Shown here piece after piece: positions 48,505 through 58,348 of a stretch of DNA of 64,000 nt. The notes under the pieces were generated by a model, which saw only the letters and a list, made by a program, of their open reading frames with translations, was not told the origin of the DNA and searched no databases. The DNA is from an uncultured virus (IMG/VR IMGVR_UViG_3300027754_000072) (lineage: Duplodnaviria > Heunggongvirae > Uroviricota > Caudoviricetes), in IMG/VR virus record IMGVR_UViG_3300027754_000072; one strand, written 5' to 3'. Position 1 is the stretch's first letter; each line of letters begins with the position of its first letter. The position numbers and the translations under genes were made by a program.

Positions 48505-49493
48505 TTATTTAACTCCTTAACAGATTCTTCTATTCTTCCTATGACTTCTGTGATGTCTTCTTCCTTTAAGCCATCTACCATTTCTATTCTTGTTTCCAAG
48601 ACAGTTTTTTTTCTTACTAGAGGTTGTGCTATATATGTTTTAGCAGTCATGGAAAATTCATATTTAATTACTCTTAAAGCAGCATCACCTGGTTCATAAT
48701 TAAGGTTATTTGCAATAGAGTCTAGTTTAACTAAAACTTCCCAATTAACTCCTCGTACTTTTATATATGAAACAGGTGAAAATTTTAAAAAAATTTGTTC
48801 TAAAATTTGATTAATATCTTCAACATATAAAGTCCAAGCTGATAATGTGTAAGAAATATTTATTGGTATTCCTCTTGTTTGTCCAAAGACAGTATCATTT
48901 TTATATTTTTCACTTCCATAAAAACTTGGCTTACCAGATTTATCTCTTATAAAATCTACAGCTGCATGATATGTGTATCTGCTTTGATCAAATTCATATC
49001 CAGAATTATGAATTGCCATTAATGGTAATTTGATTCTATCTACAACTAAAGTATTATCTTTTCTAGTATTTTCTTGAAGTAAAAAAGCAACTGCCCTTTC
49101 TTGTGTTCCCCACATAATTGGGATTGGATGTGCTTTTCCGCTTTCATCAAGCACAACAATATTTCTAAATAAATCCATTACTGCTTCATCTGTTCCTCTT
49201 AATGATTTTGCATAGCGATAAATATTATTTCTATTTGTAGAATCTAAATCATTTATAATTTGTCCTGTTTGCATAGGATCGCAATTATTTTCTTTTCCAA
49301 GATTTGTTTTTTGATTTTGACTATCAGAAATCCAGCTTTCTTTTCCATTTCCAACATTATTTTGGTTTAATTCATCTTGATCACAATATCCAGGTGGAGG
49401 ATCAATATTATTATTTTGTCCTAATGGACTTTGACAATTAATATTATTAAGCGTGTTTTCTTTTGAGTTAATATTACTACCTGATTTATTCAC
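48501..49493 (-). CDS. Tail terminator/sheath stabilizer (gp15-like)
   Basis: PIPIMWGTQER, IKLPLMAI, PINISYTL..W...DINQILEQIFLKFSP. Confidence 0.75.
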   Translation of the reverse strand: MNKSGSNINSKENTLNNINCQSPLGQNNNIDPPPGYCDQDELNQNNVGNGKESWISDSQNQKTNLGKENNCDPMQTGQIINDLDSTNRNNIYRYAKSLRGTDEAVMDLFRNIVVLDESGKAHPIPIMWGTQERAVAFLLQENTRKDNTLVVDRIKLPLMAIHNSGYEFDQSRYTYHAAVDFIRDKSGKPSFYGSEKYKNDTVFGQTRGIPINISYTLSAWTLYVEDINQILEQIFLKFSPVSYIKVRGVNWEVLVKLDSIANNLNYEPGDAALRVIKYEFSMTAKTYIAQPLVRKKTVLETRIEMVDGLKEEDITEVIGRIEESVKELNK

Positions 49494-49551
49494 TTTTGAT
49501 TTCCTGATAAAAGTTATTATGAATTATTTATAACAGAAGAATAAATAAATC

Positions 49552-49764
49552 ATGATTAATTTTAAAGAATGGTTGCATTTAAAACAAGAATCATTTTACA
49601 ATTACTTTGGCCCTGTATATGGTACTGGAGTTAACGATGGTCTTTTTTCTGCCGTAGGTGTTAGATCAAAATACATTGGGCCATCTTCTTCTTTTAAATT
49701 AATTCGAAGAAAAAGTCCTGATTGTTTATTTTTAAAAAAAAATTGTTATAAAAAAGGAGATTGA
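49552..49764 (+). CDS. Small protein with capsid-targeting-like N-terminus
   Basis: MINFKEWLHLKQE. Confidence 0.6.
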   Translation: MINFKEWLHLKQESFYNYFGPVYGTGVNDGLFSAVGVRSKYIGPSSSFKLIRRKSPDCLFLKKNCYKKGD

Positions 49765-49765
49765 A

Positions 49766-50194
49766 ATGAAAAACAAGATTATAAAAAAATTTACTAACAA
49801 AGCTATAGAAAAAATTAATATTAAACTTGGTATTGCAAAACCTAAGCTCGTAATTAAATGGTTTGGCGATAAAAGAAAAAAAGTTACAAAAATAAATAAT
49901 TTAGTTGTAAATTATAAATTTTACAAAAGCGGAAATATAGATGATATAAAAGAAAAAAAAATCAATCAAGATTTTGCTAATAGTTTTGAATTTAACGAAC
50001 AAAATGTTTCTCATGAAGAAGATTTAATGGAAGGAACTTACGAAATAGAAATTAAGTATGAAGATCCAACCGAAAGTTTTAAAGATGGAGATACTGTAGT
50101 TTGTTGTAGAGAAAGAGATATTCAAAAAATTGGTTTAATTTTTAGTATAAAAAAACTTAATAAAAATAAAATTTTAAAGTTTAAAATAGTTTAA
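49766..50194 (+). CDS. Hypothetical protein
   Basis: 142 aa, aggag RBS. Confidence 0.65.
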   Translation: MKNKIIKKFTNKAIEKINIKLGIAKPKLVIKWFGDKRKKVTKINNLVVNYKFYKSGNIDDIKEKKINQDFANSFEFNEQNVSHEEDLMEGTYEIEIKYEDPTESFKDGDTVVCCRERDIQKIGLIFSIKKLNKNKILKFKIV

Positions 50195-50232
50195 TTATAT
50201 TAAAGTTAATAAAATTAAAAAACAGGAGAAAA

Positions 50233-50517
50233 ATGACATCATTAGGATATTTAATAGAATCTTTAAGAAAAAAAGACTCTAATAACAAGGATAAAGAAAA
50301 AAAAATCAAAGAAATTATTTTTTTTGGTAAAAACATAAGAGAAGATTTCTGGGATGATTTTATTTTATTATTGAATGATTCTGAAGGTCTTGCAGCATTG
50401 TTAAATGTTCCTGAAGATACTGTTGCAACATGGCATCATGAAATTAAGAAAAATCTTAAAAATAAAGATCTTGATGGCGAGATATATAAACAAAAAAGAA
50501 AAATGATAAAGAACTGA
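50233..50517 (+). CDS. Hypothetical protein (HTH-like)
   Basis: GLAALLNVPEDTVATW; aggag RBS. Confidence 0.6.
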   Translation: MTSLGYLIESLRKKDSNNKDKEKKIKEIIFFGKNIREDFWDDFILLLNDSEGLAALLNVPEDTVATWHHEIKKNLKNKDLDGEIYKQKRKMIKN

Positions 50518-50527
50518 AAGGCAAAGC

Positions 50528-50875
50528 ATGAAAAAGTTTAATGAATGGGCAAGTAATAACATTAATGAAGATTTAAAAATTACAGGATCGTCTGCTTCAT
50601 TATTTAAAGTTGATCCATCTTTTAGAAATAAAACTAAAAGATTTGAAGATATTATTGATAATGTTACCTCTGAACATGATAAAGAAAATCCTACAGATGA
50701 TGAACATCAGATGGATTTAGATAGAAGAGCAAGATTAATTAGATCTATAGACATTCTTCATTATGATAATTTACAGAAATTTATGAAAGATTGGAACTTT
50801 ATTAAGACACATGCAAAAGATGAAATTGTTGATGTTGCTAAAGAAGATGATTTAAATGTTATAAGGAATATTTAA
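50528..50875 (+). CDS. Protein with capsid-targeting-like N-terminus
   Basis: MKKFNEWASNNINE. Confidence 0.6.
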   Translation: MKKFNEWASNNINEDLKITGSSASLFKVDPSFRNKTKRFEDIIDNVTSEHDKENPTDDEHQMDLDRRARLIRSIDILHYDNLQKFMKDWNFIKTHAKDEIVDVAKEDDLNVIRNI

Positions 50876-50880
50876 TTTCA

Positions 50881-51999
50881 ATGGAAAAAATTCGTTCTTA
50901 TTTAAATAAAGAAGAAATACAGAAGCAGATTAAAATTGCTCTTGAGAATTACAGAAAAGGTAATTCTGTAGATAAATTAAAAACGCAGTTTGATGTTAAA
51001 GATAATCATTTAATTGAAAAAATAAATAAAGAAAATAATAATACTTTACAAAAAGATAATTTTCAAATTAGAAAAAAAAATGTCAGAAGTAATACATCTA
51101 CCGATTCTTTGTCTTTTGACAAGCTTATGATTTCTTTAGATGAATTTATGAAGGGCGATAAAAACATTTACATGTCGTTTGGAGGAGTTGGAGATTTATT
51201 ACTTTTACTTGGTGTTTGTTATAATGATGAAAAAGCAAATGTTATTTTTATGGCAAATCAAGAAGCGGATTCTTTTTCAAGAAGATTTTTTGAATTTTTT
51301 AAATTGAAAAATCTTATTTCTAAAAACTTAATGGGAACTAATTATTGTAGTTTGCTTTATAAAAAGGTTACTTCTCATCCTAACTTTACAATATCTGCAC
51401 ATTTGGCAGATAGATGTGATTATGGTGATTGGAAGAAATCTACTGAAAAATACAAAAACAGATTGGTTCTTGAAACAGACTGGATTGATTATATTGGGAT
51501 TAAAAAAAGAGAGAAAAAATATGCAATAATTTGTCCTTCTGGATCTCATAAAACTGATTTGAGAAGAAGGTTTTTTACTCAAGTTGAATATAAAAAAATC
51601 GTACATGGTTATTTAGATAAAGGGTATGAGGTTATTACTACTAGCAGTAAAAACGATGTTAAAACATTTGGATTATATCCTGATAAAAATTGCTATTGGC
51701 TAACTGATTCTGAAATTATAAATCATAAAGGTGTAAGTCAGGAAATTGATTTTAAAACTTTTTTACAAACTATTATTTCTTGTGATGATATTGTTTCTAC
51801 TGACACTTGGATTAAAACATTTATGTCTTTGTGTGGCAAGCCATGTCATGTTATAAAAACAAGGTATAATTCTAAATATCAAGAAATTGGACTTGAATGT
51901 TGCGATTATATATTTTTAAACAAAGAATTTTGGCCTAAGTTAAAAATTCATACTTACGAACAATTTATCGAATATTTAAGTCAAATGCCAGAAGCTTGA
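50881..51999 (+). CDS. GT9-like (heptosyltransferase-fold) glycosyltransferase
   Basis: GGVGDLLLL, IICPSGS, IISCDDIVSTDTW...CGKPCHVI. Confidence 0.7.
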   Translation: MEKIRSYLNKEEIQKQIKIALENYRKGNSVDKLKTQFDVKDNHLIEKINKENNNTLQKDNFQIRKKNVRSNTSTDSLSFDKLMISLDEFMKGDKNIYMSFGGVGDLLLLLGVCYNDEKANVIFMANQEADSFSRRFFEFFKLKNLISKNLMGTNYCSLLYKKVTSHPNFTISAHLADRCDYGDWKKSTEKYKNRLVLETDWIDYIGIKKREKKYAIICPSGSHKTDLRRRFFTQVEYKKIVHGYLDKGYEVITTSSKNDVKTFGLYPDKNCYWLTDSEIINHKGVSQEIDFKTFLQTIISCDDIVSTDTWIKTFMSLCGKPCHVIKTRYNSKYQEIGLECCDYIFLNKEFWPKLKIHTYEQFIEYLSQMPEA

Positions 52000-52005
52000 T
52001 TAATA

Positions 52006-52914
52006 ATGAATTCTAATCCAATAGATCCAATCTCTGATGTTTATTTTTTAAAGTTAAATGAATTTATAAATGGCGACAAGAATGTTTATTTAACACTTGG
52101 TGGCATTGGTGATCTTTTATTGCTTCTTGCTGTTTGTTATAAAAATGAAAAAGTACATATAGTTTGCATAGCAAACGATGAATCAAGTCAGTTTTCTAAA
52201 AAATTTTTAGATTACTTTAATTTAAAATATATTTTTTATAAAAATTTAAAAGGACATGAATGTATTAAAAATTTATACAATAAAATTATTGTTCATCCTA
52301 ATTTTAATTTATCTGCTCATTTACCTGATAATTTTAATTGGAACGATTGGATAAATATTGATAAGTATAAGAATAGATTAGTAATTGAAACAGACTGGCT
52401 TAATTTAATAGGAATTAAAAAAAGAGATAAAAAATATGTGGTGATTTGCCCTTCTGGATCAAAAAAGTGTGAACATAGAAAAAGACATTTAAATGTTGAA
52501 GAATATAATACCATTGTAAGAGTATACTTGGAAAAAGGTTACGAAGTAATTACGGCAAGTAGTAAAAAAGATCTTAATATTTATAATTTTTACCAAGATA
52601 AAAATTGCTATTGGCTAACTGATTCTGAAATTATAAATCATAAAGGTGTAAGTCAGGAAATTGATTTTAACACTTTTTTACAAACTATTATTTCTTGTGA
52701 TGATATTATTTCTACTGACACTTGGATTAAAACATTTATGTCTTTGTGTAACAAACCATGTCATGTTATAAAAACTAGATTTAATTCTAAATATCAACAT
52801 GTAGGAAAAGAACCAAATGATAATATATTTTTAAATAAAGAATTTTGGCCTAAATTAAAAATTCATACTTATGAACAATTTATCGAATACTTAAGTCAAA
52901 TGCCAGAAGCTTGA
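52006..52914 (+). CDS. GT9-like glycosyltransferase, tandem paralog
   Basis: GGIGDLLLL, VICPSGS, ISTDTW; C-terminus identical to the upstream paralog. Confidence 0.7.
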   Translation: MNSNPIDPISDVYFLKLNEFINGDKNVYLTLGGIGDLLLLLAVCYKNEKVHIVCIANDESSQFSKKFLDYFNLKYIFYKNLKGHECIKNLYNKIIVHPNFNLSAHLPDNFNWNDWINIDKYKNRLVIETDWLNLIGIKKRDKKYVVICPSGSKKCEHRKRHLNVEEYNTIVRVYLEKGYEVITASSKKDLNIYNFYQDKNCYWLTDSEIINHKGVSQEIDFNTFLQTIISCDDIISTDTWIKTFMSLCNKPCHVIKTRFNSKYQHVGKEPNDNIFLNKEFWPKLKIHTYEQFIEYLSQMPEA

Positions 52915-53261
52915 TTAATATTAATTGCACAAAGTTTCTTTGCTTGTACAAGATCTGCTAATTCTTCGTATAAATAAGATTTTACAATTTCAACAGCTTC
53001 ATTTTTTGTTAATAACTCATCTGGGTTATATAGAAAATTATTATTGTCTTTATAAAGAACAAGCATTCTATTGGTAGAATAAACAGATCCATTAAAAAGT
53101 AGGTTTTTTATACTAATAACTTCTAATTTTCCTTTTTTTGCTTTGTATTTCAACCAAGCTAAATCTCCCACATTGAATTTATGAAATATATTGGTTTTTT
53201 TAAAATAACCAGTACAAGACTTAAATATTATTTTGCCACTTCCAGTGTAATTGTAATTCAT
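52896..53261 (-). CDS. Hypothetical protein
   Basis: 121 aa ORF; HKFNVGDLAW motif. Confidence 0.6.
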   Translation of the reverse strand: MNYNYTGSGKIIFKSCTGYFKKTNIFHKFNVGDLAWLKYKAKKGKLEVISIKNLLFNGSVYSTNRMLVLYKDNNNFLYNPDELLTKNEAVEIVKSYLYEELADLVQAKKLCAININQASGI

Positions 53262-53272
53262 ATATTATTTAT

Positions 53273-54082
53273 TTAATTAATTTTCTTTTTTATATCTTTT
53301 TCGTTAAATATCTTTGTGGTATTCTTTCTAACGGCCTTATATTTAATTTTTTTATTGAATTCAAATATTTCAACCACAGACCATTCATGTTTGTTTTTAT
53401 CAATAATTATATCATCTTTAATTATTTTTTTATTTTCTAGTTTTGTTATTTTAACTTCTTTGTTTTTTTTATTATCTATTTCTTTAATTTTTTTATTGTT
53501 CATTCGTTTTTTATTTTTAGCAGTTAAATCTTTTTTGTTCGAATTTTTACTTACTAAATTAGCATTAGGAACACATGATTCTATTTGTTTAATCTTATTT
53601 ACAATTGATTCTATTTTAGAATCAAGATTGTTTTGATAAATATTATTTGCTTCAGAAGGGTTGTGAATATCAAAACTTATGTAATTTTCATGGACTGTTG
53701 ATTTTACTAAATCAGCATTAGGAACACATGATTCTATTTGTTTAATCTTATTTACAATTGATTCTATTTTAGAATCAAGATTGTTTTGATAAATATCATT
53801 TATTTCAGAAGCATTATAAAGATCAAAATTATCAAAAATTACAACTTTTGTTCCATTGAAAGCTTCATAAGAATAAGAATTATTATCATAATAAACACTG
53901 ATTATTTTCCATTCAGTGCCATTTATATCATATCCAATATCATTGGGTTTAAATTTTAGTATTGATTTAAAATGATACAATACAAGTTTAACATCTGCTT
54001 CTGCTAATACTACTAAATTTCCTTCGCCTTTGTAAAGGTTATTTTTAAAAGGCAAGTTAAGAAGGTATTGAATAATATGCAT
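53273..54082 (-). CDS. Hypothetical protein with internal duplication
   Basis: 83-nt exact repeat 53561-53643/53714-53796. Confidence 0.6.
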   Translation of the reverse strand: MHIIQYLLNLPFKNNLYKGEGNLVVLAEADVKLVLYHFKSILKFKPNDIGYDINGTEWKIISVYYDNNSYSYEAFNGTKVVIFDNFDLYNASEINDIYQNNLDSKIESIVNKIKQIESCVPNADLVKSTVHENYISFDIHNPSEANNIYQNNLDSKIESIVNKIKQIESCVPNANLVSKNSNKKDLTAKNKKRMNNKKIKEIDNKKNKEVKITKLENKKIIKDDIIIDKNKHEWSVVEIFEFNKKIKYKAVRKNTTKIFNEKDIKKKIN

Positions 54083-54119
54083 GATTTATTTATTTAAAAA
54101 AACAATATTGTTGTTATTA

Positions 54120-54656
54120 TTAATTTTTTTGTCCCATTATTTTTGCGTAAACATTTTGAGGGTTAGGATTGTTATTTATTATTCTAACTCTAACACCATA
54201 AGGGTCTAATGTAGATGTTATTATTTCTGCTTGAACAAATTCCATTAAAATATACGGAACTGCACTTGAGTAAAATCCTGTAGCGATAGTAGTTGCATCA
54301 ATAATATTTCCTGCATCTAATACTCCATAATCAACAACTACCTTACATGGGCCTCCAGAAGAGCTTGCCATAATACCTTTTAAATAAAATGTTGTAGAAG
54401 GAGCTAGGGTGTAATAAATATCGCCACTTGAGTAAGGAGCAACAGAATTTACTTCTCCATATTCACTTACAACTTTAGTATTATCTGTAGTTAAATTGCT
54501 TGAAAATATAGTTCCTGATACTGGTTGAATAACGCTACTATTATCAACTTTTAAAGCGTTATTAATAACAACAGCTACTAAATCAGCTTGCCCAGCACCT
54601 CCAGTGTAGCCATCCCCGAATATTGTAACGCCTAAACCAGTATTTATATCAGGCAT
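54120..54656 (-). CDS. Putative virion structural protein
   Basis: Beta-rich, LKVDNSSVIQPVSGT; C-terminal domain resembles the adjacent gene. Confidence 0.5.
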   Translation of the reverse strand: MPDINTGLGVTIFGDGYTGGAGQADLVAVVINNALKVDNSSVIQPVSGTIFSSNLTTDNTKVVSEYGEVNSVAPYSSGDIYYTLAPSTTFYLKGIMASSSGGPCKVVVDYGVLDAGNIIDATTIATGFYSSAVPYILMEFVQAEIITSTLDPYGVRVRIINNNPNPQNVYAKIMGQKN

Positions 54657-54792
54657 ATTATTCCTACTTTTAAATATAATATTTAATATTATGTATTATA
54701 TTACATTGAAAAATATGCTTAAATATATAAATGATTTTTTAACAATTAAATTTTTTATATTGAATATAATTGATATTTTTTTATTAAAGTAG

Positions 54793-55392
54793 TTAATTAT
54801 CAGCAGTTTCAAATCCTAAAATAGTTGCTTCATAATTTGCAGCAGGAGGACTTCCATTGTAGGCTGAAATTAAAGTTCCAATTATTCTTACAACATATCC
54901 TTCTAATATATTTCCTATTGGAATATTAAAGTTTACCATGCCGTTAAGATTGGAAGCGTTTGTTCTATAAGTAAAATAAGTGTTTTCTAAAGAATAGTCT
55001 TGTATTGTTAATTTGTATCTAACTGGCAAATCACCACTTACGCTAAATCCAGTAAGGCTGAAAGTTTTTCCTGTAGTTACGGTATAAGTTAAAATGTTTG
55101 TGTTATCTAGCACAACATTAGAAACACTGTTGAAAATTGGGTAAATATTATTTACATAAGGTATAGCTCTAGTGATAAGTGCATATTCACAGCCTTCTGG
55201 GTTTTGATCTGTTATACTAGCTAATTGTTCTAAATTTTCACCACCAATAACAATTCTTGCCCTATGTCTTAATTCTGTAGAACCTGGACCTATAGGATAA
55301 ATTATTTTAGTTTCATCCATTATGCTTCCGCCAGAACCAGGATTTAGTTCTGTGAAAGTAGAACGATTTTCTATTGTATCATTTTCACACAT
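54793..55392 (-). CDS. Putative virion structural protein
   Basis: LNPGSGG, TYTVTTGKTFSLTGFSVSG, YEATILGFE beta-sandwich pattern. Confidence 0.5.
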   Translation of the reverse strand: MCENDTIENRSTFTELNPGSGGSIMDETKIIYPIGPGSTELRHRARIVIGGENLEQLASITDQNPEGCEYALITRAIPYVNNIYPIFNSVSNVVLDNTNILTYTVTTGKTFSLTGFSVSGDLPVRYKLTIQDYSLENTYFTYRTNASNLNGMVNFNIPIGNILEGYVVRIIGTLISAYNGSPPAANYEATILGFETADN

Positions 55393-55461
55393 TTTATTTA
55401 TTATATTAATAATTCTTAACTAGTAATATATATTTAAAAGAAACAATATTTTTGAGGTTTT

Positions 55462-56550
55462 ATGAAAAATAATGATTATTTAAAAAACATACAATGTAAT
55501 TTACTTCCTTATACAAAAGAAAATATATTATCTTTTCAATCATCATCTCAAGCATTAGGATGGCAAATAACTAATTTTCACATACCTGAAATTTGGAAGT
55601 TTTCTCAAGGAGAAAATGTAAAAATTGCTGTCTTAGATACAGGTGTAGATTTTAATCATAGTGATTTAAAAGAAAATTTATTAGAAGGCACTAATTTTGT
55701 AGAAAAAGATCTGCCCCCACAGGATTATGCTTCACATGGAACTCATGTAGCTGGAATAATAGCAGCAAAAAATAATGATTTAGGAATTGTTGGAATAGCA
55801 CCACAAGCTAAAATTTTACCAATCAAGGTATTGAATAACTATGGTGCAGGAGATATGAAGGCAGTTTTAGATGGTATCAATTATGCTGTATCTCAAAAGG
55901 CAGACATAATTTGTATGTCTTTAGGCACAAGAGATCCAGTTGAAGAGATTAGAGTTGCTATAGAAGAAGCAGCTGAAAACAACACAATTTGCTTTGTTGC
56001 TGCTGGCAATGCTGGTAATACAGAACAGTTGCTTTATCCAGCTGCTTACACTGAGTGTATTTCAATTGGTGCAGTTGATGAAAACTGTCTTAGGGCAAGC
56101 TTTAGTTGTACTGGCCCTAATTTAGATTTTGTTGCACCTGGAGTAAAGATTTACAGTTGTGTTCCAAAAAATACATATGCGTACATGAGTGGATCTAGCA
56201 TGGCATGTCCTTTTGCCGTTGGTGTTGCAGCTTTAGTTCTTTCATCTAAAAGAAAGATAGATCCTGAAGCAGTAATGAATGCTAATGATTACAGAGAAGT
56301 GTTTAAACAAAATTCAATGACTGTTAAAAATTTAGAAGAATTATTAGAAAAACAAGGATCTTCAAGATTTTGGCAAGGAATGGGAATTATCAACCCAGAA
56401 AGTTTTTCTGAATGGGTTGACATTAAAAACATAGAAACTATCAGAGAAGAAATTACTAATTTATGTGATTTAATTGGTATGATAAAGAATAAAAATAACT
56501 TAAATAGACTTTTAAAGGAAAAAGAAATATTATTTAATAAATTTTCTTAA
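55462..56550 (+). CDS. Subtilisin-like S8 serine protease
   Basis: IAVLDTG, HGTHVAG, AAGN, SGSSMACP catalytic triad motifs. Confidence 0.95.
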   Translation: MKNNDYLKNIQCNLLPYTKENILSFQSSSQALGWQITNFHIPEIWKFSQGENVKIAVLDTGVDFNHSDLKENLLEGTNFVEKDLPPQDYASHGTHVAGIIAAKNNDLGIVGIAPQAKILPIKVLNNYGAGDMKAVLDGINYAVSQKADIICMSLGTRDPVEEIRVAIEEAAENNTICFVAAGNAGNTEQLLYPAAYTECISIGAVDENCLRASFSCTGPNLDFVAPGVKIYSCVPKNTYAYMSGSSMACPFAVGVAALVLSSKRKIDPEAVMNANDYREVFKQNSMTVKNLEELLEKQGSSRFWQGMGIINPESFSEWVDIKNIETIREEITNLCDLIGMIKNKNNLNRLLKEKEILFNKFS

Positions 56551-57002
56551 TTTAATTTTTTTATTAAACTTAATATTTTTTCTTTTTCTTCTTCAGAAGA
56601 TGTTTTTAATTTTTCCTCTAAATCTTTTAATACACAATGCAATAAAACAGATTTATGTTTTTCTTTTGGTTTTTTACCTTCGTGCAAAATAGATTTTTGA
56701 TAATAATAAATTAAAGTTGATAATTCTTTTTGGAAAAAGGAATAACATAGCGGACATCCAACTCTTGCACTTTTAAACATTTCATTTAATGTTGAGTTAC
56801 AAGATGAACATTTTTTTTCTGGGTTATTTTCAATTTCATCTAAAGCTGATGGAATTTCATTTTCGGTATTAAAAGAGTCCTGCATTTTAAACAAGCATTT
56901 ACTACAGCAATTTTGTAATTTTCCTTCACCCTCGACAATAACATGCAATGATATGTCTTTAATTTCTAAACATTCAGTTTTGTCAAAAAAACATTTATTC
57001 AT
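56547..57002 (-). CDS. McsA-like zinc protein
   Basis: CCSKC, CSSCNSTLNEMFKSARVGCPLCYSFFQKEL...HEGKKP as in McsA. Confidence 0.75.
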   Translation of the reverse strand: MNKCFFDKTECLEIKDISLHVIVEGEGKLQNCCSKCLFKMQDSFNTENEIPSALDEIENNPEKKCSSCNSTLNEMFKSARVGCPLCYSFFQKELSTLIYYYQKSILHEGKKPKEKHKSVLLHCVLKDLEEKLKTSSEEEKEKILSLIKKLN

Positions 57003-57451
57003 TTTTTTATTTCTAAAAATACTTCTTTATCAAGATCAGTAAACCAATCTGGCTTTAATTCATAAAGATCAATTTTTAATTTTTTACTCATTTTTTCTAA
57101 ATAAACTGACGCATCTTTAAGTTTTACTAGCAATTCTTTAAAATTTTTATTTTCTTTTTCAATCTCTTGTATGGTTTTATCCAATGAATTTTTACAAGTC
57201 TTGCAAATAACTTGTTTTATTATAATCTTTTTTATTTCATCGAATTCATCATATTTTATTTTTTCCTTACCTTTGTATATCTCTGTATCATTCCAAAATT
57301 TCTTATCGTCAAAATTATTCTTAAGTTTAATGTAGTTTTCATAAACTTCTGTAAACTTTTTTTCTTCGTCTGATAGTTGAAGTGCCATATAAACTTGTGG
57401 TAGAATGAAAAAAATAAATAATACAATTAAATAGAATTTTTTAAATATCAT
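56999..57451 (-). CDS. Hypothetical protein with N-terminal signal/TM segment
   Basis: MIFKKFYLIVLFIFFILPQVYMA. Confidence 0.6.
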   Translation of the reverse strand: MIFKKFYLIVLFIFFILPQVYMALQLSDEEKKFTEVYENYIKLKNNFDDKKFWNDTEIYKGKEKIKYDEFDEIKKIIIKQVICKTCKNSLDKTIQEIEKENKNFKELLVKLKDASVYLEKMSKKLKIDLYELKPDWFTDLDKEVFLEIKK

Positions 57452-58275
57452 AGTTTTTTGAATTCAATAAGGGCTTTGGTTAAAATACTACACCCATCGT
57501 CTTCTATAGGAATAATACCAGAGAATACTTCTCTACGCAACCATATTGGTAAAAAATCACCTATTTCTAATAATCCAAATTCTATTTTGTCATTTAAATT
57601 TAAAAAATTAACATTTGATGGTTCTAAATAAACATTATTTATTTTATTTTCAATGAAGTTTATCGGGCTACCAACTTGTTTTCTCACTATATAAATCATC
57701 GGACTTGGTGTTAAATTGAAACTATGTACTTTTATAAGCTGATGTTGTTTATAACCAGCATACCCAACAAACTTAATATTTAAAACATTATTTCCGCCAG
57801 CATGCACTCCTTCTACAATAACATCTTTTAATGTATATATTTTCCTAATAGATGTTTGAAAATTAGATTTAAAAATATTAATATTTCTATTGTATTTTAC
57901 TTTAAACTTGTGTTCATCGTAAGAAAAAATTATATATTGATTATTAATAAAGTTTCCACCGCTTATTGTTATTGTCTGAATTTCATTCTTTAAATTAAAT
58001 CCTAAATTAAAGGTGGCTCCTTTGAAGAAGTCATCTAAAAACAAAGATAATTTATGAATTCTTTTATTAGAAATGTTTCTTAAATATAAGCATCTATAAT
58101 CAATTAATCCTTTTTTGTAAAGATCTTGACTTATATTATTAAATATGTTTTCTTCGTTTATATTAATAATACTATTACTTATTTCGCCACCAATAGATAG
58201 CAACGGATCTTGATTGTCAAAGCCCCCAGAGTAATAGTATTTTAAAATTCCTTGTAAATTTTTATATTCTTCCAT
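57448..58275 (-). CDS. Putative virion protein
   Basis: YYSGGFDNQDPLLSIGG, DYRCLYLRN, PIWLRR motifs resemble phage structural proteins. Confidence 0.5.
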   Translation of the reverse strand: MEEYKNLQGILKYYYSGGFDNQDPLLSIGGEISNSIININEENIFNNISQDLYKKGLIDYRCLYLRNISNKRIHKLSLFLDDFFKGATFNLGFNLKNEIQTITISGGNFINNQYIIFSYDEHKFKVKYNRNINIFKSNFQTSIRKIYTLKDVIVEGVHAGGNNVLNIKFVGYAGYKQHQLIKVHSFNLTPSPMIYIVRKQVGSPINFIENKINNVYLEPSNVNFLNLNDKIEFGLLEIGDFLPIWLRREVFSGIIPIEDDGCSILTKALIEFKKL

Positions 58276-58348
58276 ATTTTTATTTATTTATCAAAGTTAT
58301 TATTGTTATAATAATATACATATTTTTTACTAAATACGGGAGAAAAAT

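Noticed and set aside
45958..48699. Several + strand ORFs within the sheath and terminator genes
   Set aside because: Antisense shadows of well-supported minus-strand structural genes.
51682..53796. DGR template/variable repeat pairs
   Set aside because: No reverse transcriptase in the window; the repeats have only 0-2 differences and both copies are coding.
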